Assembly (NCBI GenBank): GCA_000934665.2
Contig: JYFJ02000541.1
Span: 62,001 to 126,000, forward strand
Length of the DNA stretch: 64,000 bases
Direction of reading: 5' to 3'
Origin: Catajapyx aquilonaris
Taxonomy: Eukaryota
Position 1 is the first letter of the stretch. Each line of letters opens with the position of its first letter. This document shows positions 14,426 to 28,700 of the stretch, in pieces. The notes beneath the pieces are model-generated. The model saw only the letters and a list, made by a program, of their open reading frames with translations. It searched no databases and was not told where the DNA came from. The translations under genes and the position numbers were made by a program.

Positions 14426-17400
14426 GACTCTAAGGACCATCAAATTTTGGGGGGATATGCTGGTTCATCTACCTTTCATCTTCCACTAGTTTTATCACCC
14501 TAACGAGTCTGAAGTGATGGACAAAAACGGAGCAAATTACACAGGAAAAGTGTGCACCCTTCTTTTTTCTACTATCTTTCCAACCCTCCAACTTCAAATG
14601 CCGCCATGTACATCCTCATTTTTGTTCCCTCATTAATGACCGATTCTTTTAATTAATCATAATAGCCGACTCCCCACGTGGCTTGATTGTACCTGAGACA
14701 TTAATAGCTTGAGCATGGATACAAGGGGGGGGGTCTTTTTCTTCAAGTCCGTTACGCCTCTGGGATCTGGAGGAACGTTTCTTTCCACCCTGAGTTACAC
14801 GCTCCAGAATCCATTTCCAGCCACGTGTAGAGTCTAAGGGACGCATCCTATGACGACTCGACTGAAAATCCGCTTCCGTATGATACGGGCGTAGTGAGAA
14901 GATGCGATTTCGAATTAGACAGCCATTTTAAACCGAATCGGTCGAAAAATTAGTGAAATGTTTTCAAACATATATAATTAGGAGAGGTGACTGGCTGCGA
15001 GTGGTCATCAAGAGCCTAATGAGACGATGGGAAAATTTGGGACCGGTTCTTATATAAAAAGGTTGATCATGGCAATTAAGGTTGCATCATCACATTTTCG
15101 CAAGGTCCGTCCCAAGGTTGTTATATAACGGGGCCTCATGAAAATGGCTTCTTTTGTGTCTGTTTAGCGCCATTTGGTGCGAACTACTCCAAGAGAGCTG
15201 AATGGGAATGATGATCATGACACCTGCTGGTAGCACGAACAAGGAGGGGTGAAAGTAAACACACGAAGCACGCCTTGTGATTTACAGCGTGATTCCACCG
15301 GTTGGTTGTTCATTCGAGCAGTAAATTCACTGATGCTTTTGTGGATGACTAAAGGACATGTTGAAAAAAAGTGGTGGAATGCAGTGAGAAATCTTATAAG
15401 ATAAGGGTCTGCAAGTGGCGGTTGTACCCCCTCAAATTTGGTTATAATAAGCCGATTAGGAAATTACACCCCTTCAAACTGGCCTGGTAGCCATTTGCTA
15501 GTAGTAATGTGATGACATGCTAAGCGATCGGCTGTACACGCGTAATTGGACACCCCCGAGCAATAGTGATTCCAATCGCTATATGAGAGCATGGTGACCA
15601 AATATGGCATGTGCTTTTTAAGAATATTATTATGACTCGAACATGTGCGCACTTACTCTGCGCAGCGTGCGCATACGTTCTGCGCAGGAAGTCTGTCCAT
15701 GCGCAACACTATCAAGAAAGCATTAGGACATCACCCTCTTTTTTTTGTCATATAAAGTGAGCAACGGCACAGTCGGGACAGTAATCCACGTAGAAATCAC
15801 GCAATGTTCTTTCCGGCCGCTTCCGCATAAGGTCACCGCACGTGACGCGGCTTCATCTCGCACAAGTCTCCGCAGATTGCGGCGGACGGACCAGGCTTCA
15901 TCTCGTAGGAATTTTAATTGGAGGATAGCAGAAGACAGAGGAAGGAAATCGACAGGAGTTTTGAGAGAATACGATGTCGGCACTCCCGGAAGAGCCATGA
16001 CGAATCAGGAATGGTTCATGATAATGATTGGTATAGACAAATGAGGGCTGCTCCTCCAGGATGATTTACGCTCATGGTTTAATGGCCACTGCAAATTACG
16101 GTAGCGAACGATAAAATTTTAGGCAAGGCTGCTTTTCTGAAGAGTTATGGCTTGGGTTGGTGAATTTTTACGGATGGACCACGTTGAGGTCTCGTGACCT
16201 GACGGTCTCGGAGAAAATTACATGCCGTAATGGATGTTGTCAGAGTTGGCTCATCCTATTATGATTATTTGCGCACGGAGGTGTGGATGCGAGGTGGTAA
16301 TTTCTCACCAGAATCATGGGATTTTGTGAGCCAAATCTGGGCGCATCTTTGAAGCAGCGGTGCTCCAAGACTCCGACGTGTCTTGTCATCAATCACGCGA
16401 ATTACATGCAGGTTGCTCTCACGCATACTCAACGCCCCCTCTCAAACTCGGTTTATTAACCTTCCCCGTATGACAGACTGTACCACCATACGGGTTGCAC
16501 TCTGCTATTTTGGGTGTTTATGTCGGGATATTTGTTTTTTATGGCGGTCGCAAGTGCTGTTGTATGTGGTAACGGGGCACTGCGCATATTTGGCCTGAAT
16601 ACTTCTGTTATTTTCGGCTCGCGGTTGTGTCAACATCTATTGGGACAATATCTTCATTCATGTGTCACCGAAGATTTTTTTAACCGTTTTGCCGTATAGT
16701 GTTCACCTTACTGTTAGTGCTGACGGATTGTTTTTGCCACATAATTTGCCCGAGATATGCACATGCTATGCTCTATTGTATGCTGATAAGAATCGCGGCA
16801 TATTAGGTTAGAAAGAAATGCACGAAAGGCAAGGCCGGTAGCAAACGTGTCCGCCCACGTCTTTCCTGGCATAATCGGATTAGCTTGGCATATTTTCGCG
16901 AGAACTACTGTGCATGAGCGAGAGCGTAATTATCCGAAACCGCTTGTCGGCAAGAAGAGGCTTCCGCGGCCTGGAAAGCAAAAGCCCTTGACCCCTTCCA
17001 CGTCTGACTCCAGGCACGCGTGCGCCTCTCCTCCGACAAAACACACATCAACGTCAGCAACAATGCAACCGTAGGATTGTTGACCCCTTTCAGTGAGAAC
17101 CAGACGGTCCAGAAAAAAATGCCATCAATCGACTTTTTGTCACCGAACGTGATTCAGTTATTTTTTTTATTTAATAATATTTTTTTGCAATTGTACACTT
17201 GAATTTTTGCAGAAGTTTGTATAACCCTACATTTTTAGCGAATATTTTCGAACTGAATGTTATCCTGTGAACCGCAACCAGCCGGACGGGTACGCCCAAC
17301 TCTTTGCCGTACCGCGAGGATGACACCGTGACACCGCGTTATCACCCTACTAGCCCCTATATCCGTACGTGGCTATAAAGTCCACCTACACGGAAGCTTT

Positions 17401-20400
17401 ATTTTACGTATTACGTGACGGCCAAGCTGAGCAGCAGCTGAGAAAAGCTGTGGGACCGGATTTCTAGTTGGGAATGATGAGGATATACCGTTGGCCCCAT
17501 GCCCGTTCAGGACCGCCTCATCCCTTTGGTATTTCGGGGGATTTAATTAAGGCTCTTGTCGATTTAGCGTGCGGTTCGACATGCCTTTAGTTTAAGGTTG
17601 GGTTTTAAATATTGCGCAAATTTTGAACGGACGATCACGTAATAGAGGATAAGCACATTGAGGTTCCTGGCCTTGCACGAATGGACGCGTTGGCATGCCG
17701 CTGGCCGGTTATTAATTTGTTGCGGAGTTTTTTTGCACGGCTTGCATTTTTTAACGTGGGGGTCTTGATGAACACTGTCACTTATGGGTGTGTATGATTA
17801 TAATGGCGGTGTTGCGTCCATTGTATCACTGTCAGTTGGAATCGGAAGTACCGTGCAGTTGGAATGAATAATAATTGAACCACTTCAGTCCTGGAGTACC
17901 CTGTACGATACGCTGAATTGTTCTCCCATGACAAGGATTTACGTGATTAAATTAAAAATCATCCTAATATTAATCAAAAATTGATTGTTCGTAAAGTTCT
18001 TAAATATTGAAATGGTCTGCAGTAAGACGAATAAAAAAAAAGTGAAAATTTGGTAAAAATTGGCAATTTTAATTATCTACACCAAGAATGCTAGATATTG
18101 CAGGGGTCGAATCAAATATTTTTTGTCCAGGTGCAACTTGTTTTCTTGCAATTATTGGGTTTAACCATGTTTAAAAACAGTGGTTCACTTTGGAGTGCAA
18201 ATTGCATCCGAATATTTCGACCCCTGTATTGCATATTCAACCACACAGTCAAAATATCAAAAATAGCATATTATTTTTAAAATGATCATTCCCCCAGGTC
18301 ATCCTCGCACAATTTTCCGCGTGTCCACAATAATTATATGTTGGCAGTAATCCTGGTCACAAGTCACTGGTGTTTGGATCCAATGCACTGTCAAAAATAT
18401 ATCTCCAAAAATCCGAAGGGTGGGTGAGTATAGGGGGTACTCACCAAGTAGTGTGGCAGGGGGTTGCCCTTGGCCTTGTAGTCGTGCTGGAGGTTCCCGA
18501 GAGAAGGGTCCTTCCTGGTGGCCGGGCAGACTAACACTGAGAGCGGATTGGCCTTGAACCTGGCTCTTCTTCTGCTTCTTCCCTCTTGCACCTGGCGAGC
18601 CTTGACCTTCCCGTCGTCTTCTCTTCCGCACTGCAACCGAGAGCGAAATGGCGAAAGTGATCCTCCTCTCGTCTCTTTTCTTCCCTGAGCCCTGGATGTC
18701 TGATGCGTGCAATAACCGCTCAAGAGACTAGAACCGGAGGACTGCAGGAAACAGCTTCTCCGGGGCCCTTCTTCCTCCCGACGCCCTCAAGTTCATTACC
18801 AAGGCCGTCTTTCACGGTCCAATGGCCTCCGGGTGCATAAGGACCAGTTTCCGGACGGGGATGCCCTTAACGTGGTCCTTGATGGTAGCTCGGCCGGTCA
18901 CTTACCTCCTAGCCTCTGATTGGCTGCTTGACTTCCTTAGGCGCTAGTGGTTCCTACCGGTAGAGGCGCCGGGTCCCAGTCGGACGTAGCTGTTGGAATG
19001 GTCCGGACATACCTTGTTTGCGGAGTGGTGATAAATCGACTCATCAATCAGCTCGTTAAGGTGGATTAATATGCAGGACTGGATATTTTGTAATTGCTGG
19101 TAATTTATTGCAGAGGGGTAATAAATTCGATAGGGGGAAAAACAACGCCTTGTAGCGGTACACAGACTTATTGGCTAAACAGCGGAAATGCGATGAATTA
19201 GTCGGCTAATGTGGGTGGGTGACTTTTGACCAAACTGTCGGTAATACTGGTTTCGCTTGGGATGATCTATGACCTCTTTGGCGTAATGACACATTATGAA
19301 TTATGCGGCTTGGATGGTTAATAGCAATTGTGTACAATCAGGAACATAGTCGTGGAGACGATATTGGATTTTTCTTCCATGCAAATGATGGGCTGATTTT
19401 TTTTTTTTTTTTAAATTTTGAGCGAGCTTACTACGAATTCGGGACGTGCTCTGGCGTACACCACCGTATACTTTTAGGTATAGAACTTGTTTGATCTTAT
19501 GCCTAATTCCATGATTGCGACTGTACATGATGGTACCGGTCCGCTAAGCAAAACAATGGCTATTAGTGGCAGGTGCGATTCCTTCTGGAAGGTTGATGAA
19601 CACATGCTTGACAAGTCTTTCTCAGGTGCAGTTCCCTCCACTCCTCCTACTGGCCCATCGTGTGAATCTGGAGCCATTACTCTGGACAAAACCTACCGCG
19701 ATGATCAAATATGCGTGAAGAAACCTGTGTTTGCCGATTTTTCCCATCGTATCTAGTTGCTCATGCGTACGGATCAGTTTTTCAGGGCTGCCAAGATCGG
19801 AAGCTGTACCCCGGGGGATAGGGTATCGCACCTTGATAAGCGGTTTTAAACATGAAATAACACGGGTGTCAGATCACACACCTAGAGGCACAATGCATGT
19901 GCATGTATGATTACCTGTTTAACTTTTTTTGCGTATAAGTACATGTACGGTACACCTATACGTTATACTTAATTTTGGGTGGAAAAAAAGTGCGAATTGC
20001 TTCAGGGTTACTATAACTGCGGAAAGCGGGACAAACCAGTTATTTGATTCTCAAATAGTTGATAAGCCATAGAGGGCAAAAAGGTGCCAAAAAATAACCG
20101 TCTGGGTTGAGCATATACGGTCGCACTCGGCCGGCTGCGCGCAACCTTTTCCAGAATTTATAGCCTTTTCGCTCAATTTGCCCATCCTCGGTTGATAAAT
20201 GATAGGCCAGCACCACGTGGGGTATAAAAACCTAGAGCGAGAACATGTACGTAGATAAAAAAAATGTTCTGCCATTAACAGAGTGAGAAATTAGATCCGC
20301 GAGCCAAAGGGTATTATTAGCCTAGATCGGGAAGAAATATAACTCGAGCTGCCATTGCCCTTCGGTACATCGCAAAGGGTTTTTCGCAAGGTTGAACCGC

Positions 20401-23400
20401 CGGATCTAGTCATCAGCATCCTGCATGAAAAAGGTGATGCCCCCGGACGTACCAGTGAGCTAATACACTGAAAATTGTGATAAGAACGGACACGACATTT
20501 GGCTGCCGGTCAATTGCCTGCGGTGACATTTGATGATGATGTCAAGTACGGGCGACTCAATCTGGAGGGTGATGGTGCATATCTTGTACGTTTCAGCACC
20601 GTTACCCTAGTAAGTGACAGTGGGTGGGGTGTACCTACTTCACCTACCGTCTATTGAAATGTAATGAACCACCCTGCTCATGAATTTTTGTCACAATTCG
20701 GCCCTTGTGCGCCGGTACATAGGAAGTCAGTAGCTGTCTGCAGCATCATCCCAATTGGGTACGGCCTGGTGATGCTGCACATTTTCGTAGGGAAATGAGG
20801 TTTGTCTTGCTGGAGATTGAGCGATCCGTTTCGTATCGGTCGATCGTGCAGTTGCCGGTGGTCATCTGATAATATTTGGGCACGAGGTTGAACGGAAGTT
20901 GTACGTTTCTGGTGCAGACGGAGATGTGAGTCATCTGTGCTCGGATACCTGCTACACGTTCTGGCGACGACGGATTTGCTCTCTCAGCCACGCATTGCAG
21001 TCGCCGTTACTCTCGCTTTTTCATATTCCGGGCCATATGGACGAACAATGCTGCATCTCGGTATATCGCAGTATAGTCTGGCACCTAATTATTATTATTG
21101 AGATCACTGTACCGGACAGTTTTTTTTTGTACAATATTCCGTGTGGTTATGCACATATTCCGGTACTATCCACATATTAAAAACGCGCGCACATTTTGTC
21201 CAGACTTCCGCCGACAAGTCATGGGAATCGGGGTACGGTGTCCTCACCGATAGTCCCAGATTGTGGGAAGGAATTCGGTGTGTGTCGTACATAAACATGC
21301 CTTAATCTGATTCAATTATGTAACATCCCGGCTGGTGGCGGAAGTTGTACATAGATGATTATAGCGCATTAACAGCTGCTGTGTGTGAGACGAACTCATC
21401 GCAAAAAAAAAATGGCAATAACAGTTACGTTCGGATCCCAATGCTCAGCCGGCCGTTTAATTTCCATGTAAATCTGTAGCAACGTTACTCAGAGGGGTAA
21501 TATCTCACTTTTTCCGAGAGTCATATATCTAGAAAAGGCGAAGGCGTGAGAGACGGTCAGTCTGGCCAGTCTTCATTTCCAAACGAGTACTCAAGCGTGC
21601 AGCAAAAATTTTCATCTGGAATCGCAAATTAACGGGGAAAACGTGGGAAAAGATAAGGTTTTCGGAACATTATTTCCTGATTAGCTTAATCGTTACAGAG
21701 CCGTCGAACAAAAGGAGCGATGCCATCTTGGCATATGGAGCCAGTGATTTATGCCCACCCGTGATGACTCCGCCTTCTTCATTCAGACGAACAGGAATTC
21801 ACGTTTGACCGAATTGCTTTCGACCGAATTGTTACTTAATGTTTGGAAATTGCATAGTTTTAAAAAAATATCGGAGTTAATTCACAGTATTTAAAATTGT
21901 TTCAGTTATAAACAGCGTGTAACATAATGATTATTTTGTATCTAAAATATTTAGAGTATTCGGTGCGAGGCAATTCGGCGCAAGGGTCTCGAACCGGCGA
22001 AATTTTATGGTCATGCTTGTTTGACCTGTCCCAGCTGGATACAGGACATTGGGTCGAGTGGCCATGAGTGCGTGCTGCTGCACCCATCTGAAATGACCCG
22101 TATTTTCTTCTTCTTCTTCTTCCATTTCCGTAAGAAATCCTGTTGCCATCTTTTGAGAAGGGAGGCAGTACCGTGAACTGTTTGGGATCCGTACTTTTTT
22201 GAGCAGCACACGCAGACAGGACTGCTGGGGTTGAGCACCTTGTGTTTCTAGACAGGAATGTGAAAAAAATTCACCGTAACCGAATTTGGGAACATGGCCC
22301 GTTTGAATGTTTTGTACGACGGGATGAATTGCCCGCTAATTTCGGCTGGTCGTGTTCGGAAGGCTGCTTTTCTCGCTGGGAGTGAGTCGTGGCGAAAATT
22401 ACGTAGTTCGGGGCGGATGGTCGTGGCCGAAGCTGTATTTTTGCATAATGTGATGGAACATATAACTGACAAAAATGTGCTGGATACCAATCATAACAGC
22501 TGGAATTTTTAGTACTCAATTTTACTGGAGGATATGGTCGGACTCTCAACTTTGGGGGTCCGGGGTTCGTTATCCGATCCGGGCACATGATATTTTTTTA
22601 CGTGAGAAAGATTTGGGTTGTTCCTCTGCAGTACATCGTATGTGGTTTCCTTCCATGTCAGAAAAAAGTTACTGGAGCGAATGTGACATGCGTACCATAC
22701 TGGCATATACTGCACATATCTGTAGCTATTAAAAAATAATTGTGAGGGCCGCTGCGAAATGGCCTCGAGATTAATTTTCACGCAAATTTTGCCTGATCAG
22801 TGGCCATACTATTTGTGAAATTTATAGACCCATAAAAATGTTTATGTTCAACAGATACATTGTGTTTGTACGAAATTTTCCAAATTTTATCTCAAGATTT
22901 CTCAAGTGAAAATTGCTGATCCTCAGCAGTAGTCGAGACCTTTCAGGATCAAAATGAGGATCAGATAAGAAGCTGCTGGCGTCCCATCTTCCTGTGGCTT
23001 GTAGATTTCCACTGGGTGTTATCATAGGCCAGTTCCCTTTAAAGTTTCACGCCTTTTTGCGCGGCTCAGTGAGGAAGGAGCCCGTTAGGAGGAGCAGTTT
23101 GGCTCATCCAGGGTGAGCGGGGTCACCTACGCGCCTCACGTGTCCTTCCTTCCTGTTTAATAATATTATCCAAGCAACATAATTTTCAGGATGGATATGG
23201 ACATGCGTAGGCGTAACCTGTGAGGGATTGTGTTTCAGCACATTTCCAAAGACAGCGATGTGTGCCTCAATCTTTCCACCGCGCCGCCCGACACTGACCC
23301 CCATTAACTCGGCGTCATTACCGTTGCACATGATTCCACCACTGGAATTGTAAGCCATTGCGGTATTCCCCGTCCTCTACTATTACACAACCTGTGGGAG

Positions 23401-25379
23401 CTGGTCCACAGCACGACACTCGGCGTTGCTGTAATGACGCCGCCGCGCGCCGATGCTGGGCGTCCAAAGCCGCATATGCAACAGCTGCATTTATTGTTGA
23501 CTGTATGTAATTTATGCTGATTTTGACAATGTAGATACGGCATTTTCCCGGACCACAGTAGCGATGGCAATGACATCTGCGATACTGCTTTTCATTAGTC
23601 GGGCGATAGACTTCCTGCTTCCCAAGCAGTCCGTGGGAAGGAAATGCCTGTGTGCGCCTCTTCTGCAGTGGGCTTGAAGATGGCCAGCCGTTGTCTGGAG
23701 GTAATGAGGCCTCCTCCAACCCGTTTGCCGGAATGGTCACTCGGGCTGACCCGAAGGTCCTTTAATTCCCGTTGGCCACAAGCTCATCTCTCCTATCCAT
23801 CCATCTATCCGTCCTCTGGGTATATAGTGGGGGCGTCTGAGGAGCGTGCCTGTTCATTCGCTTCGCCTCAAGGGCGAAGGCAGGTTTCAGGACAGATTAT
23901 GGGCCCATCCGGAAGGGTCAGCACTCGGGTAATATCCACTTGAGGTCGGGAACAGCGGGTGTCAACACCTACGAAAGTTGCATGATTAATGTATCGTTGG
24001 ATATTCCATTGGAGCACCTACTCAGTGCTTCCTGGTAAATTACATAATTGTAGGCCCGCGACGGCCTTGCCCTGGGTGGAAGGGTGACAGGTGACTTTAG
24101 GCTGCTGACATCTGACCCCGCCCTTTCCTCGTAGGGGGAAGTATATCCTGGCTGTTCCTCTGGCTCGGAAAGATCACTGCCAGCCTCGGCATCCATGACA
24201 CCATATCGCGACTCATGGCAGTTCTCCCCCATGACGTGCGTGTAATTTTCTGCATCGCCCCGCCGCTACAACTCACATGTGTGTCATGCCTAGGGTTGTT
24301 ATTCCGGCGATACGTTCGTCGTGTGTGTAATATGAGAAGGCGGGGTCACCTACGTGCCCTGTGTTATCAACACCCACCAGGAGAGCGGACAGTCTTAAAA
24401 CGTCTTACTGCACAATGAGCTATTGCTGGCTTGTCAAACTCTATAGGGTTGTATTGTCCCATTGTTGGACAAATACACTTCCTGAGTACAAATCGAAAGG
24501 TCGGACCTGCCCAAGGGGAAGGTCAACTAGGAGAAATTGCTCCTCGCCAGCATGGCAATTTTTACCACTCTAAACGGGGTAATTGTTATGATGCCACGAA
24601 GACTTGTTATTGCATGGTTGGGAGCCTAGGACGAGTGATAAGACCACTCGCGAGTCCAAGTTCGACGCACTTCACGGCCACAATGCCATGTTTTTGGGAG
24701 GACTTGTTCAGTTGGCGCAGACTTGTTGGCGCCATGCTCGATGCCGTTACTGTCCACGGGTCGGGTCACATGTCACCTGCCTCGAATGGAGATGTAAACG
24801 ACATTTTTGAACATACGACATTCCATATTTTAAAATTATTATGTGTACGGATGGCACTGCGGACGCTGCGGGATGGCTCTGATGATTTGCTGACTTACTG
24901 TGAGAGAAGCTATAAATTTGATGGAACATCATATTTCATCACTTCGAGTTTTTTTATGATTTTTGCGAATGTTCCTGGCAAAAATTGTGCGAATCGGACG
25001 ATAACGAACGCTCCTGCCCCTGATGGTTTTTACAGTGGAGGAACGTAACTGTATTGAGACCGTGGGTTCTCAGAGGATGCGGCTGGAAGTGTTCCCAGGG
25101 CCTTTCCTGCACCCCGTCGGAAACGTGGATAGGCTTTGATCAGGGGTAAACCGACGGACATCCTCCCCTTTTGGTTACCCAGGTCTGGGCGCCAGACTCT
25201 TCTTACGTCACGTCGATACGTGCGTGGAAAGTGAGAGTAACGTGGAAAGATTTGACCACTGGCGTTCACCACCAAAGGCTCGAGATTCGGATTTCTTCTT
25301 TTGGAGGCGGTGACCCGCGACGGTTCTCATCAAATTAGTGCGGGGATCGGCATTTTATACGGTGATGTCAGACGCCCTT

Positions 25380-25765
25380 TTGTGGCTTTTGTCACGTAAT
25401 CATAAAATTGCTTGACGCCAGATATGATACGAACGGGCTGTGTAGCGGGTTTGGTATTTATATTTGCTGAAAAATCCGAATTCGCCGATACATCTGGCGC
25501 AATAATTGAATCCGATGTCCCGTAAGTCAGCACCGGGAATTTTCCATGCTTCAGTTATACTGTCACCTGCTGCTATAGGAAGCAATAATCATATTCAATG
25601 GAGGCGGAACATTTTAGCACCTCTTCCGCCTTATACACAAGGAGCATCGAGCAATATTGTTCCAATTATTTAATTATACTTGCAACACTCTCACTCTCAG
25701 TCTGATTCAACATGACCCTTCGCACAAGAAAGAGAACCGGCCCTGCTCAGAATAGATCCCACGGA
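25380..25765 (-). mobile_element. Degenerate non-LTR retrotransposon (RTE-like LINE) reverse-transcriptase fragment
   Basis: Frameshifted minus-strand peptides occur in the expected RT order: RGIY/LSRAG...RVMLN/RLR (cf. YRGISLLSxAGKILARxLLNRL), IQLLRQMY, then NSDFSANINTKPATQPVRIISGVKQ (cf. T-x-PF-x-x-x-SGVKQG) and FYDYV. Recognised by eye only. Confidence 0.55.
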
Positions 25766-28700
25766 GTCACCAGCTGATTCATTATTCCCCATTAATGCGA
25801 TCGGGTGCAGCGAGCGCATTGATAGGAGGAATGAGATGTGATGAACACTCAGGAGCGGTAACAATCGGGCACGTCGCACGGTCCGTTGATGAGTCGCCCT
25901 TTGCCGAGCCTGATACAATGCGTGGCACTCATAATGGATCCGATCTCCTTTTGTGGCCGAAGAATAAGGCGGGTAGGGCTGGAAGAAGAAGAAGAAAAAA
26001 AGGAGTTGGACAAAGTGTCCGAGGTCTGCCTCGCACCCTCCTGGTCTTCTCGGTGGGAGGCCCTTTTGACCATACATAGAGCTACAAGAGGAGTTGTTTC
26101 CAGGATGGTTACCACGCTCGTGATGGCATCCCGGCTGGGGCAAAGGTCGGCCGGGAGAGGCGTTCACCCGAAACCAGAAGACCAATGTCCCGGAGGAGCG
26201 ATAATGTGATGTGCATATGTCAATACACACCTGTCGCGGTCGGTGAAGCATACGAGCGATAATTGGCCGTACAGTGCTGGACATTTATTCCGTCATACTG
26301 CTACCGACATTTTCCGATGCGGCAGACATGCAAATGGAAGTGATAGAAGCCGTGCGAATAAGAAATGGTAGACCTTGGGTGACGTCACTGGCTAGGGACA
26401 AGCCTTTTCTTCATTGCCCCCCAGCCGGTGACGTTAGTCAAGGCCTACATCTTCTTACTCGCACGGCTCACACTTTGATTTGCACTTCTGCCGCAATGTC
26501 GCTAGCAGTAGGGCGAGATTATTGTCCAACACTGTACAGGTCATGATACGAGCAGTTGACCCCAACCATCACTCGGACACTGCCGAAAAAGGTGGTTCCC
26601 AACACTTACCGCTAAGGCGGTCAAAAAGGGCTGAGTCAGGTGCGCAAGAAACGAGTCCAACGGGTCCATGGGAAGGAACCGACGGGCTTGTCTTTCTTCC
26701 CCTGTATTCTTGTACAGTCTATTGGACAAAAGCTAGAGGTGTCGCTCTAGGCGTCGATTTGCGCTCCATCGCCCCTTCCTGCCCCCCATTCAAGCTGCAC
26801 AGTTAGCAGAAATTTTTTGGACTCCTGATTAAGTGAAAGCAGGCACGAACTTTCAGAACCCTAATAGATGGCGGCCGTTAGATGCTTTTCTAACATATGA
26901 GAGTGCACCAGGTTTTTGCCAGACTCCTGATTTGGCTTCCCGCAGAGGCATACCCAGAGGCATTCAATCTATTCCTTCCTGAAAACGGAGCCAACTGACG
27001 GAAACTTGCATGTCCATCACTTATCAGTTGGCATTCTGGACACTTTGGATGCGACAAACCCGCCACAGTCCGCTTGCACAACCGTTGCATCTTGTAAGTG
27101 TGAGAAAGGTTCCGGTCAAGGATGTCCTCATGCGCACTACCGGTCGCATCCTGGTGCGTATATGCAACGCACGCAGGATGACTCTCGTTGCATACGCTTC
27201 CTTGAGAACCAAGAGTTGTAAAAGGTATCGGACCATAAGGTTATGCGACGATTTGGTTCAGATTCTCACGCATGCGAGGAAGCAAATAGTCCATTTCCAG
27301 AATAATTAACAGGAGGCATAAATCTTTTGGGTAATTGCACATTTTTTTTACTTTAGTTTGCGCCCGTGACATAACATTGAGAGCGATACTATCCTTTCTC
27401 GTGTCCGCCATTACAATGCAAATTATTCTGGTATTTATTAGCAATGAAAGCGGTAGTTAATGCTGAGTCGTGAAGTGTGGGAGGAGGTAAGTGACGTCCA
27501 ATAGTAAGTTGCAATTTGCGTTACGAGCTTGTTGTTGAAAGTACGGTGTTCGACACTTCGATATCGACATATTATTTTGAGCAAACTAATTGGTACATAT
27601 TTACATTTTTCTAAGTGATATGAACTAAGACCATGAGGAGATGCTCCAAGACGCGAGCCAGTGGAAAGGACTTTCTCACACTGCTTTTCCATACAGCCAT
27701 TTTTCCAGCATGTCTTAACCGACTTACCGAGGATAATGCGCTCAGTGCCACTTTGGTGGTACGTGGTTGCCCACGTCGCCATCAATTGGAACAGTCGCCG
27801 AGCTGGGAAGGGCTTATTCCATCAGGAACCAAATTTCTCACTCGTGACCGCATCAAATGCGGATCTGTTTGAGAAATCAATGAGGAAGAGTGAGAACCGC
27901 CCCAAAATTGTGAGCTGTTTTTTTGTAGAGCTGCTATTAGGGGTTAATAGAGAATTTTTGGGGCTGTTTGGTACCATTCACGTATCCGTGAGCACGGCAA
28001 TGAGAAAACGCAACGCATAGGAATTCGAACCACTTTTTTTTGTGTGTGTATCTTCTGGCAAGGCCACCATGGTGATTGAGACACGCAGTGAAAATTGTGC
28101 CTTAAAAGCCTATCCTTTTTGTACATAAAATTTTTGGCGGCGTCATTACTGCGAGATCGAGCTTTAAAATCCCCTGAAGCTTAACGTAATGAACGAATTT
28201 TGCCGGCAAAGGCAATATCAATTTGCGTGCAATTCATAAATTCTGTCCGAGGACTTCCTCTTGTAACTGCCAGGATCCGTACTGCTTCCTAGAGAAATAA
28301 TAATCTATACTTCTAGTTACTTCCTCATTGCTGCGGGATAATTAATTGGACGATATAAATTCAAGCACGAGCCTTTTGGCTTATCACAGTTCACGAGCCC
28401 AATTTCCATATACGTTACAGTTGCCTTAAGGGGCTTCTGAAAAATATTGTATTTGCTTGCATAATCAGCACACCCGCGATTTATGATGGTAATGTTTCGT
28501 GGCCATATTTGGGTAAATTTGGAGGAAATTTCGCAGACTAAATTGACGTGGCATGAGCTAATTGTTTCAATGCAATCTCATAGTGTGGTTTCCGCTTTCT
28601 ATTTGACTGTCACTCTAGGTTGCTATTAAAATAAAAGCACAGACATGGGAAACATTTTTGTGGTGGAATCCGCCGTTTCGTATATAAGGAACAATTGCTT

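Noticed and set aside
24431..25048. Longest ORF in the track (205 aa, plus strand)
   Set aside because: Non-ATG start, no recognisable domain, and it lies antisense to probable decayed LINE sequence.
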